54,458 nucleotides of DNA, from positions 1 to 54,458 of IMG/VR virus record IMGVR_UViG_3300045256_000069; one strand, given 5' to 3'. Origin of the DNA: a virus. Its lineage: Duplodnaviria > Caudoviricetes. Positions 45,910-53,303 of the stretch are shown here, piece by piece. A model generated the notes under the pieces. The model saw only the letters and a list, made by a program, of their open reading frames with translations. It had not been told where the DNA came from and searched no databases. A program made the translations under genes and the position numbers. Positions within the stretch are counted from its first letter, which is position 1. Each line of letters begins with the position of its first letter.

Positions 45910-46236
45910 ATGACCACGATCAACGCTCTCCTCGCCACCCGCAACGAACTCGCCGCCCGCCTCGACGTGAAGTCTATTGCTTCATGGAAGGCCTCGAAGG
46001 CGAAGCTGCAGGAACAGATCGACGAGTTCACGGCACGCCTGACGCCCACGCGCAAGCGTGACGACCTGTTCCACCTCACTGACCTGTGCCGCGAGCTCGG
46101 CATGAACGCGAAGGTGGCACGCGCGAAGGCACGCCGCCTGTACGCGAAGGACGACACGACGCTGCCGACGCCCATCACGAAGTGGGCATGGGACATGAGC
46201 GATCAGGATCGCGTCCGCGAACACTTCGCGAAGTGA
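45910..46236 (+). CDS. Early protein with C-terminal HTH (paralog family)
   Basis: FHLTDLCRELGMNAKVARAKARR...KWAW; RBS AGGA. Confidence 0.72.
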   Translation: MTTINALLATRNELAARLDVKSIASWKASKAKLQEQIDEFTARLTPTRKRDDLFHLTDLCRELGMNAKVARAKARRLYAKDDTTLPTPITKWAWDMSDQDRVREHFAK

Positions 46237-46245
46237 TTAACGAAG

Positions 46246-46275
46246 GGGGCGGGGAAACCCGCCTCTTTTTCTTTT
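46246..46275 (+). terminator. Rho-independent terminator
   Basis: GGGGCGGG-GAAA-CCCGCCTC followed by TTTTTCTTTT. Confidence 0.88.
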
Positions 46276-46279
46276 GGCA

Positions 46280-46388
46280 TTAACCCGACGGTAACGATAA
46301 GAAGTAACGTTAACGAGCGGTAAAGCTTAACGCTCCATTAACGTTAACGGCCGCTTAACCTTGACCCGCATTGCAGGTGTGGTATGAT
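46280..46388 (+). promoter_or_regulatory. CtrA-box array 3 and class I promoter
   Basis: Boxes at 46327-46341 and 46344-46358; first box, 19 bp, TTGACC, 16 bp, TATGAT. Confidence 0.8.
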
Positions 46389-46421
46389 GTGACATCGAAA
46401 CACGAACACGGGATTTCCGCC

Positions 46422-46907
46422 ATGCACATCGCCGACCACCTGCGCACGCAAATCGCCGCCGCTCTCCGCGCCGATGACGTGACCATCTTCTTCGACGACT
46501 CCCGCGAACGCACCATTGCCATCGTGCGCCGCGCCGATGCCGTTGACGTGTTCCTGCACGACTCGTCGTCCGACGATGACGACTTCGCGTTCTACGCCAT
46601 CGATCCCGACCTGTCCGCTCCTGCGTGCATCCCTGCGTTCTTCGTCGCCATCCCTGATGCCATCGATGACGACGCCGACGCACCGCGCGTCGTGACGCTC
46701 CCTGCCGACTCTGTCGCGCTGATCGTTGACGCCATCGACTCGCACGTCGACTCGCTCGCCGAAAACGCTGCGTCCGACGCTGCCGACCTGCAACCCGAAC
46801 ACGTTCCCGCCATTCAATCGCTCATGAACGCCGCCAACGCGCTGTCGCCGTCGTACTACACGATGACCGCGACCGAACTGCTCGACCTCGATCTCGTTGA
46901 CGATTGA
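46422..46907 (+). CDS. Highly acidic early protein (161 aa)
   Basis: By hand count 29 Asp + 4 Glu versus 7 Arg, with no Lys, Gly or Trp; monocistronic, with its own promoter and terminator. Confidence 0.78.
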   Translation: MHIADHLRTQIAAALRADDVTIFFDDSRERTIAIVRRADAVDVFLHDSSSDDDDFAFYAIDPDLSAPACIPAFFVAIPDAIDDDADAPRVVTLPADSVALIVDAIDSHVDSLAENAASDAADLQPEHVPAIQSLMNAANALSPSYYTMTATELLDLDLVDD

Positions 46908-46918
46908 TTTACCATCGT

Positions 46919-46958
46919 GCGCGCGTCGTGGGATTTTTCCTGTGACGCGCGCTTCTTT
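46919..46958 (+). terminator. Rho-independent terminator
   Basis: GCGCGCGTCGTGGGA-TTTT-TCCTGTGACGCGCGC followed by TTCTTT. Confidence 0.8.
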
Positions 46959-46988
46959 AATGGTTTCTTAACACCTCGATGCTATACT
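46957..46988 (+). promoter_or_regulatory. Class II CtrA-box promoter (box replaces -35)
   Basis: TTAA-TGGTTTC-TTAA, 11 bp ending ATGC, TATACT. Confidence 0.75.
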
Positions 46989-47014
46989 GATCATGTCAAC
47001 AACGAGGTGCTGCC

Positions 47015-47221
47015 ATGCTGATCTTCACCTCCGTCTTCCTCGCCACCCCGATCCTGCCCGCCACGCTCGACGCCGCCTCGCGCGTCTCCGTGTGCAACGA
47101 ACTCGCCCGCCTGTGCCGTGCGCACGCCGACCACGTCGAAGTGACGACAGCGGGCGTTTATATCAACGTGCGCATCGAGGGCGAGCTCGTCGCGTCCTAC
47201 CGCACGTTGAACCAAATCTGA
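47015..47221 (+). CDS. Hypothetical early protein
   Basis: 68 aa; RBS GAGGT. Confidence 0.65.
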   Translation: MLIFTSVFLATPILPATLDAASRVSVCNELARLCRAHADHVEVTTAGVYINVRIEGELVASYRTLNQI

Positions 47222-47228
47222 CGTTGAC

Positions 47229-47256
47229 GGGGGCGCAGGATTTTTCCTGCGTCCTC
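47229..47256 (+). terminator. Hairpin (same GGA-TTTT-TCC loop as 46919)
   Basis: GGGGGCGCAGGA-TTTT-TCCTGCGTCCTC. Confidence 0.6.
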
Positions 47257-47263
47257 GCCTACG

Positions 47264-47295
47264 TTAACACTTTCTTAATGGGTACATGCTACACT
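47264..47295 (+). promoter_or_regulatory. Class II CtrA-box promoter
   Basis: TTAA-CACTTTC-TTAA, 11 bp ending ATGC, TACACT. Confidence 0.75.
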
Positions 47296-47324
47296 GTATG
47301 TATCGAAACGAAGGGAATACGTCG

Positions 47325-47531
47325 ATGACCATCATGAACGTGACCTCCACCCGCCTGACTGTCGCGCCCGTCGATACCAACGCGACCGACTACGTTATCG
47401 ACTACACGTCCTTCGCCGACAACGCCACGCGCCGCGTTGCGCACCTGACCTACAGCGATGCGATGCAGCGTGCCGACGCCCTGCGCAAGCGCGGGTATCG
47501 TGTCAACGTGCGCCGCCTGCACGTCCTGTGA
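47325..47531 (+). CDS. Hypothetical early protein
   Basis: RBS AAGGGA; start MTIMNVT. Confidence 0.65.
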   Translation: MTIMNVTSTRLTVAPVDTNATDYVIDYTSFADNATRRVAHLTYSDAMQRADALRKRGYRVNVRRLHVL

Positions 47532-47562
47532 TCCACACACATACACACGAAGGGAGTAATAC

Positions 47563-47764
47563 AATGTTCACCATTCTCACCGTCATGTCGTGCATCGTCG
47601 CGTGTGTCGTGCTCATCCGTATGATGAACGAAACGACAAGGGAACGCATCAACGTTGACCGTATGCGTTACGTCTCGCTCTCGCCCGACGAGCGGCACAT
47701 CGCGCAGAAATACGATGCAAGGTTGATGCCACGTCGTTCGATCAGGGACTATCGTCACGGATGA
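47563..47764 (+). CDS. Small membrane protein
   Basis: RBS AAGGGAG; N-terminal TM MFTILTVMSCIVACVVLI; start position approximate (+/-1). Confidence 0.55.
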
Positions 47765-47911
47765 TGATGAACGAAGGGTTAAGGGGTACGGATTGCGCGA
47801 ATGCAACCGTATCCCACCCATCAACTTTTAACCATCTGCCTACCCCCACCCATTCCACCCGCATGGCTAAGGACAAAAGACCCATCTTTTGAATTTCCAC
47901 AGAAGAGCTAT

Positions 47912-47940
47912 TTGACAGACCACAGAGCTCGAAGTATCAT
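47912..47940 (+). promoter_or_regulatory. Sigma70-type promoter upstream of terminase
   Basis: TTGACA-17 bp-TATCAT. Confidence 0.72.
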
Positions 47941-47964
47941 CCCGAGAACATCGGGAGCCATTTC

Positions 47965-48474
47965 ATGCGTCGAGACACCGCCTATAGACCATTGAAAGAG
48001 CTGGCAAAAGAGCTGGACTCCTTAATTCCGTACGCCCCGTCCAACGAGCAAAAACTCGCAGATTTCCTCGAGTACTTCTCCGAGCACGGAAACGTCGGCG
48101 AAGCGGCACGACACGCGAACATCTCCCGCCGCACGATCTTCCGCGCACGGAAAGACCCCGAGTTCGAGAAGTTGTACCAGGAAGCGCACGAGCTGGGCGT
48201 CTCCGCGATGGAAGATGAGGCTGTGCTGCGCGCCACGAAAGGAACGCTCGAACCAGTGTTCTGGAAAGGCCGCCGGGTTGCGACAATCCGGAAGAAGTCC
48301 GACCTGCTGCTCATGTTCATACTCAAGGCCCGGAAGCCGGAGCTGTACCGCGATAACTTCGAACAGAAAGACCCTGTGAATGTCCACGATGACACGATCC
48401 AGTCTCCACGCGAAGTCATCGCTAGCCGACTTGCTCGCATCTCGGCCCGAACACGAGAGGCAGACAATTCTTGA
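47965..48474 (+). CDS. terS: Terminase small subunit
   Basis: FLE.....GNV.EAA......R.T....R..DPEF, E.EA..RA..G and SD.LL.F.LKA.KPE.YR motifs. Confidence 0.85.
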   Translation: MRRDTAYRPLKELAKELDSLIPYAPSNEQKLADFLEYFSEHGNVGEAARHANISRRTIFRARKDPEFEKLYQEAHELGVSAMEDEAVLRATKGTLEPVFWKGRRVATIRKKSDLLLMFILKARKPELYRDNFEQKDPVNVHDDTIQSPREVIASRLARISARTREADNS

Positions 48475-49750
48475 CGGCTTCTCGGACCTCGAGCTGCAGA
48501 AACTCGAGTACGATTGGAAGTTCTGGGGCCGCACAGACCAGCAAATCCCACCCAAGCCGTGGTCGATCTGGATCGCACTCGCCGGCCGCGGATGGGGCAA
48601 GACCCGCGTCGGCGCAGAGTTCATCAGGGATCGTGCCTGTGGCAAAACGCCTTTCTCCAAAGGCCGTGCGCGACACATCGCCATCGTGGGCGAAACCGCC
48701 GCTGACGCGCGAGACGTCATGATCGAAGGCGTCTCTGGCATCCTCGCCGCACATCCGAAGGACTTCCGTCCGCACTACGAGCCGTCCAAGCGCAAGCTGA
48801 CGTGGCCCAACGGCGCCACAGCCCTCGTGTTCAACGCGACTGAGCCCGACCAACTGCGTGGTCCGCAGTTCGACACCGCCTGGCTCGACGAGATGGCGAA
48901 GTGGCGGTACATCCAAGAGACGTGGGACATGCTGCAGTTCGGTATGCGCCTCGGCGACGATCCGGAGCAGCTTATCACGACGACGCCCAAGCCACTCCCG
49001 CTCATCCGTGAAATTCTCAAGTATCCGTACACTCATGTCACCAGGGGCTCTACCTACGACAACAAGGCCAACCTTGCCAAGAGCTTCTTCGCACAGGTGG
49101 TGACCAAATACGAGGGCACGCGCCTCGGTCGCCAGGAGATCGACGCGGAAATCCTGGACGACGTGCCCAACGCGCTCTTCTCCCGCGCAAACATCGACAA
49201 AAACCGCACGCGTTCACTTCCCGAGCTCGAGCGCATTGTCGTCGGAGTCGACCCGTCTGGCACCGAGGGCGACGAGGAGAAGCGCTCCGACGAAGTGGGC
49301 ATCGTCGTCGCCGGTCGCAGCGAAGACAAGCACGGCTACATCATTGACGACTGCACCATCAACGAACGCCCGGAGAAATGGGCACAGAAGGTCATCGAAG
49401 CCTTCGACCAGTACGAGGCCGACGAGATTGTGGTCGAAACGAACTTCGGTGGAGCAATGGTCGAGGCTGTGCTCCGCAGCGTACCTGGAGGGCAGAGCCT
49501 TCCCATCAAGAAGGTCACGGCATCACGTGGCAAGCACATCCGAGCTCAGCCGGTGGCGAGCTTGTACGAGCAGGACCGTATCCACCATCTGGGCTCCTTG
49601 AGCTCACTGGAGGATCAGCTCTGCCTGTTCACGCCCGACGGGTACATGGGAGGACGATCTCCGGACCGCGCAGACGCAGCGATCTGGGCACTGACCGACC
49701 TGCTCGTCGAGAAGATCAAGCGCACCGCTAGCAAAGAAACGAGGATGTAA
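48380..49750 (+). CDS. terL: Terminase large subunit (GTA-like terminase_6)
   Basis: AGRGWGKT, LRGPQFD.AW.DE, TTTP, GRQE, VGVDP, E.NFGG and SPDR.DA..WA motifs. Confidence 0.93.
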   Translation: MSTMTRSSLHAKSSLADLLASRPEHERQTILDGFSDLELQKLEYDWKFWGRTDQQIPPKPWSIWIALAGRGWGKTRVGAEFIRDRACGKTPFSKGRARHIAIVGETAADARDVMIEGVSGILAAHPKDFRPHYEPSKRKLTWPNGATALVFNATEPDQLRGPQFDTAWLDEMAKWRYIQETWDMLQFGMRLGDDPEQLITTTPKPLPLIREILKYPYTHVTRGSTYDNKANLAKSFFAQVVTKYEGTRLGRQEIDAEILDDVPNALFSRANIDKNRTRSLPELERIVVGVDPSGTEGDEEKRSDEVGIVVAGRSEDKHGYIIDDCTINERPEKWAQKVIEAFDQYEADEIVVETNFGGAMVEAVLRSVPGGQSLPIKKVTASRGKHIRAQPVASLYEQDRIHHLGSLSSLEDQLCLFTPDGYMGGRSPDRADAAIWALTDLLVEKIKRTASKETRM

Positions 49751-49752
49751 TC

Positions 49753-51261
49753 ATGGCCACCACATCAACTCTCGATGTCTCCCACCGCATCGGCGCCTAC
49801 GGGCAGATGGAATTGCGCTGGGAGCTACCCGCTTCCCTGTGGGGCGGCACCTACGAAATGCGCAAGAAAGGGCAGAAGTACCTGCCGGCGGACGAGAAAG
49901 AGTCTCCGGCTGCATACACTTCCCGCCTCAACCGGTCGTTCCTGTTCAACGGCTTCAAGAAGACCGTGAACACGATGGTCGGCAAGGTGTTCTCCAAGCC
50001 CATCATCATGAAGGACGACAATCCAACTGCTCTCAAGGATTGGGCAGAGGCGGTCGACAGCGAGGGCCGGCGCCTGGACTTGTTCGCCGAGGACGTCTTC
50101 CGCGAGGCGCTCAAGTGGGGCCTGTGCCACGTCTTCGTGGACATGCCGAAGATGCCGGCGAACGCGACACTCGCCGACGAGAAGGCGATGAACGCCAAGC
50201 CGTACTGGAACAAGGTGATCCCGCAGCACCTCATCGGTTGGCAGTCGATCAAGGTCGGCGCCATCGATGTTCTCACCAGCATTCGCATCTGGGAGGAGTA
50301 CACCGAGGCCGACGGCGACTACGGCGAGAAGAAGGTGCAGCGCATCAGGGAAGTCACGCGCACCGAGTACAAGATTTGGGAGCTGCGCCCCGTCGTCACC
50401 GCAGGCAAGAAGAGCACGCGCACTGAGTGGCAGATGATCGAGACGGGCCCGATGACTCTTGGGTACATCCCGCTCTTCACGATCTACACCCAGCGCGAGG
50501 GGTTCATGCTCGGCTCTCCGCCGCTCGAGGACCTGTGCTGGATCAACGTCGCGCACTGGCAGAGCTCCTCGGATCAGCGGCACATTCTGCACGTCGCACG
50601 CGTGCCCATCCTGTTCGGCTCCGGGCTTGGCGACAGCGCGGACAAGATCATCGTCGGTCCCAACCGCATGATCGCCGGGCCGGAGTCCAGTGACCTCAAG
50701 TACGTCGAGCACAGCGGCAAAGCCATCGAGTCTGGCCGCGAAGACTTGAAGGACCTCGAGTCCCAGATGAAGATCATGGGCTTGGAGCTTCTGCTGCCGA
50801 ACACCTCTGGTGGTGGCCAAACAGCCACCGCCAAGTCTCTCGACTACGCCGACGTGAACTCTCCGCTGCAGTTCATGGCCATCGCGTTGCAGGACGCCTT
50901 GGAGGCTGGCTTGCAGATCACAGCCGACTGGATGAAGATCGGCCAGGCAGGCTCGCTGAAGGTCAACACCGACTACGGCATCACGCTGCGCGATGCTGCA
51001 GACGTGCAGGCACTCATCCAGGCTCGCATCGCAGGCGAGATCAGCGACGAGACGTTCTGGACGGAACTGAAGCGCCGCAACATCCTCAGCGAAGACTTCG
51101 ACGTGAACAAGGAGAAGTCACTGCTGAAGCAGGAGCAGGATGCCGCAGCTGCCGAAGCCAAGGCACTGGCCGAAGCACAGGCCGCAGCCAAGCCTCCCGC
51201 ACAACAGCCGGGTGCAGCACGAGGTGGCACACCGGGTGTAGGATCGGACGTGCAGCAGTGA
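49753..51261 (+). CDS. Portal protein (DUF4055 type)
   Basis: GGT..MR..G.KYLP...E....Y..RL and PPL.DL...N..HWQS.SD...ILH.A..P motifs. Confidence 0.88.
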   Translation: MATTSTLDVSHRIGAYGQMELRWELPASLWGGTYEMRKKGQKYLPADEKESPAAYTSRLNRSFLFNGFKKTVNTMVGKVFSKPIIMKDDNPTALKDWAEAVDSEGRRLDLFAEDVFREALKWGLCHVFVDMPKMPANATLADEKAMNAKPYWNKVIPQHLIGWQSIKVGAIDVLTSIRIWEEYTEADGDYGEKKVQRIREVTRTEYKIWELRPVVTAGKKSTRTEWQMIETGPMTLGYIPLFTIYTQREGFMLGSPPLEDLCWINVAHWQSSSDQRHILHVARVPILFGSGLGDSADKIIVGPNRMIAGPESSDLKYVEHSGKAIESGREDLKDLESQMKIMGLELLLPNTSGGGQTATAKSLDYADVNSPLQFMAIALQDALEAGLQITADWMKIGQAGSLKVNTDYGITLRDAADVQALIQARIAGEISDETFWTELKRRNILSEDFDVNKEKSLLKQEQDAAAAEAKALAEAQAAAKPPAQQPGAARGGTPGVGSDVQQ

Positions 51262-51560
51262 AGACGCTCATCATCTACACACTCATCGCCATCTTCTCGG
51301 CGACCACAGCCTTGAGCCACGACTGGTATCCGACAGAGTGCTGCTCGGCTACCGACTGCGCGCCTCTCCCTGTGGACAAGATAAAGTTCACCAGCGAAGG
51401 GTGGACTCTCCCCAACGGAGAGTTCATCGCCAAGGGTAACGAGCGGCAGTCGAAAGACTGCAGCTTCCACTGGTGTCGGTACAACGAAGACCCCAAGACC
51501 AAAGTCATCTGGCCCACAGGACGGAAGCAGTGCTTCTTCGTACCGGATTGCAGCACATGA
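51258..51560 (+). CDS. Secreted Cys-rich small protein
   Basis: Signal peptide, then HDWYP.ECCS..DC.P ... S.D..FHWC ... CFFVP. Confidence 0.7.
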   Translation: MKTLIIYTLIAIFSATTALSHDWYPTECCSATDCAPLPVDKIKFTSEGWTLPNGEFIAKGNERQSKDCSFHWCRYNEDPKTKVIWPTGRKQCFFVPDCST

Positions 51561-52291
51561 CCAATCAAGAGGAACATGACGCAGCGATCAGGCGTGCATT
51601 CGAGGTCAAAGACGCGCTCAGGACGCTCGCAGGCGTCGTTGAGCACTTGCGCTTGATCGCACAGCGCGAAGCGATGCTGAAGGTCCTTGAGGCGTCGTCG
51701 CTCACGAACAAGCGACAGCTCAATCGACTGCTCACCGAGCTCGCCGGCATTCGGCGCGACTCCTACGCCAAGATCGACTTCACGATCAGGGATGCGATGC
51801 AGCAGCTCGAGCCAGCCGCTGACACCGCCCGCCTGCTCAACACCTACCCACTCGTCGGCACGTTCTACGTCGAGTGGCTCACCGTAGCCGAGACACGCGA
51901 GGCGCAGCGAGTCAAGGCAGCCATGCGGATGGCGTTGATCAACAAGGAGGACGCCAAGCTGCTCAGCGAACGCATCACCGAAGCTTACGCTGCCAGCAAA
52001 ACCAGCCTAGCGTCGCTAGTTGCCACAGTGGGCAACATGGTGGTAAACGAAGCACGTATCGCAGCGATGAAAGCGGCGGGCGTGAAGCAATGGCGCATTA
52101 CTGCGCTCGTCGACTCAGGCACATCGCCTAAGACCTTGGCGTCTCTTGGGGAGATATACGATGTCGGCAAAGGACCTCATCTTCCGCTTCACATCGGCGG
52201 TCGGTCGATTGCTACTCCTGTCCATGAGGGACCTCTTCCTGATCTCGAAACAGTCGAACAATGGCGTGCTCGTCAGGCAACAGCGCCATGA
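51557..52291 (+). CDS. Head morphogenesis protein (Mu F/SPP1 gp7-like), degenerate
   Basis: Position after the portal; A.VD..T....LG..Y....GP..PLH..GRS with the usual Cys residues replaced. Confidence 0.6.
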   Translation: MTNQEEHDAAIRRAFEVKDALRTLAGVVEHLRLIAQREAMLKVLEASSLTNKRQLNRLLTELAGIRRDSYAKIDFTIRDAMQQLEPAADTARLLNTYPLVGTFYVEWLTVAETREAQRVKAAMRMALINKEDAKLLSERITEAYAASKTSLASLVATVGNMVVNEARIAAMKAAGVKQWRITALVDSGTSPKTLASLGEIYDVGKGPHLPLHIGGRSIATPVHEGPLPDLETVEQWRARQATAP

Positions 52292-52327
52292 TCGTCACCA
52301 TCGCTGAGTACAAGGACCTGTGGTTCA

Positions 52328-52927
52328 GTGGCAAGGTACTCTACGATGGCACGACGAGAGTCTATCGCCCAACTGGAGAGCGTATCGCGATCCGAGAGGG
52401 ACAAGTACAAGAAGATGTGGCGACACTCCCAGTACGGGGAGGCATCACATGGCTTGGCGTCAATCGGGAAGGTTCTGAAGGATCACATCAAGGTCTCTCG
52501 TGGGGAGAAAGCATATGACTTCGGATGCGGTGACGGGGGCGTGGTCGACTTTCTTGCTGATCGAGGCATTGACACCACAGGCATCGATATTGTGGCTTGC
52601 GACTCTAGTATCCTTGAGCATCCGCTTTGGGACATGCCGTCGGACCTGGAGCCTGCGCCGTATGGCTTTTGCTTCGATGTCATGCAGTGCGTACCAGAAG
52701 AACTTGTTGCGCCGTCACTGGCGGGCATCTCGCGGCTCGTCACAAAAGAAGCGTGGTTTCAGATTGCGCTTGGCGAAGATGATTTCGGCACACTTATCGG
52801 TAAGAAGCTCCATGTGACTCTCAAGCCCATCGGATGGTGGCGCAACCAACTGCTCAACCATTTTTCGGGTTGCAGGATGGGCCAGCCAAATGATACAACG
52901 TGGCTGTGGGCACATGTCCGAAAGTAA
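52328..52927 (+). CDS. Class I SAM-dependent methyltransferase
   Basis: E..KY..MW, DFGCG.G, GID, FC.DVM..VP and H.T.KP..WW motifs; start may be 52346. Confidence 0.82.
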   Translation: MARYSTMARRESIAQLESVSRSERDKYKKMWRHSQYGEASHGLASIGKVLKDHIKVSRGEKAYDFGCGDGGVVDFLADRGIDTTGIDIVACDSSILEHPLWDMPSDLEPAPYGFCFDVMQCVPEELVAPSLAGISRLVTKEAWFQIALGEDDFGTLIGKKLHVTLKPIGWWRNQLLNHFSGCRMGQPNDTTWLWAHVRK

Positions 52928-53303
52928 CGTGATCCCGTTTCCGTCTCGGCCCAAACCCACACGACGCATCTCGTTTGAGGTCTGGGTTGACGATGACTGG
53001 ATTATCAGAAGCTACCGATCTCATGGCATCAAGCCAGATCAATTGGGTGCCGCTAGCCTTGCTCTACATCGTCTTGCGGCGATGGTCGCTGAGAGTTATC
53101 GAGCTTGTGGTTATTGCAATGCTCTTGATGAGCCAGTATTTTCCGCTCTGATCTTGCGCAGCTCGGACTTCTTTACGTGGTTCGAGCAGGAAGAGTTCCA
53201 GCGTGTCGAGGACCTGCAATGGCTAAAGGAAAGATGGCTGGCAGCGTTCAAATCCGTACAGCGCTCGTCGTCGGTGGAGCCCGGTGCGTCTGGCGCGACT
53301 TAG
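52914..53303 (+). CDS. Hypothetical protein
   Basis: MSESNVIPFP N-terminus. Confidence 0.55.
   Translation: MSESNVIPFPSRPKPTRRISFEVWVDDDWIIRSYRSHGIKPDQLGAASLALHRLAAMVAESYRACGYCNALDEPVFSALILRSSDFFTWFEQEEFQRVEDLQWLKERWLAAFKSVQRSSSVEPGASGAT

Noticed and set aside
44897-46358. CRISPR array or mini-array
   Set aside because: The repeats are 4-10 bp motifs at irregular spacing, with no constant 25-40 bp repeat and unique spacers, and there is no cas operon.
46413-46930. UV pyrimidine-dimer avoidance or restriction/PAM avoidance as the cause of the AG/GG gap
   Set aside because: Template-strand TC (GA on +) is abundant although it is photoreactive, and avoidance of a dsDNA site would also deplete CC/CT on the + strand, which it does not.
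52288-52518. Extra gene overlapping the methyltransferase
   Set aside because: The ATGA coupling is suggestive, but most of the ORF lies inside the better-supported methyltransferase frame and it has no motif; left uncalled.
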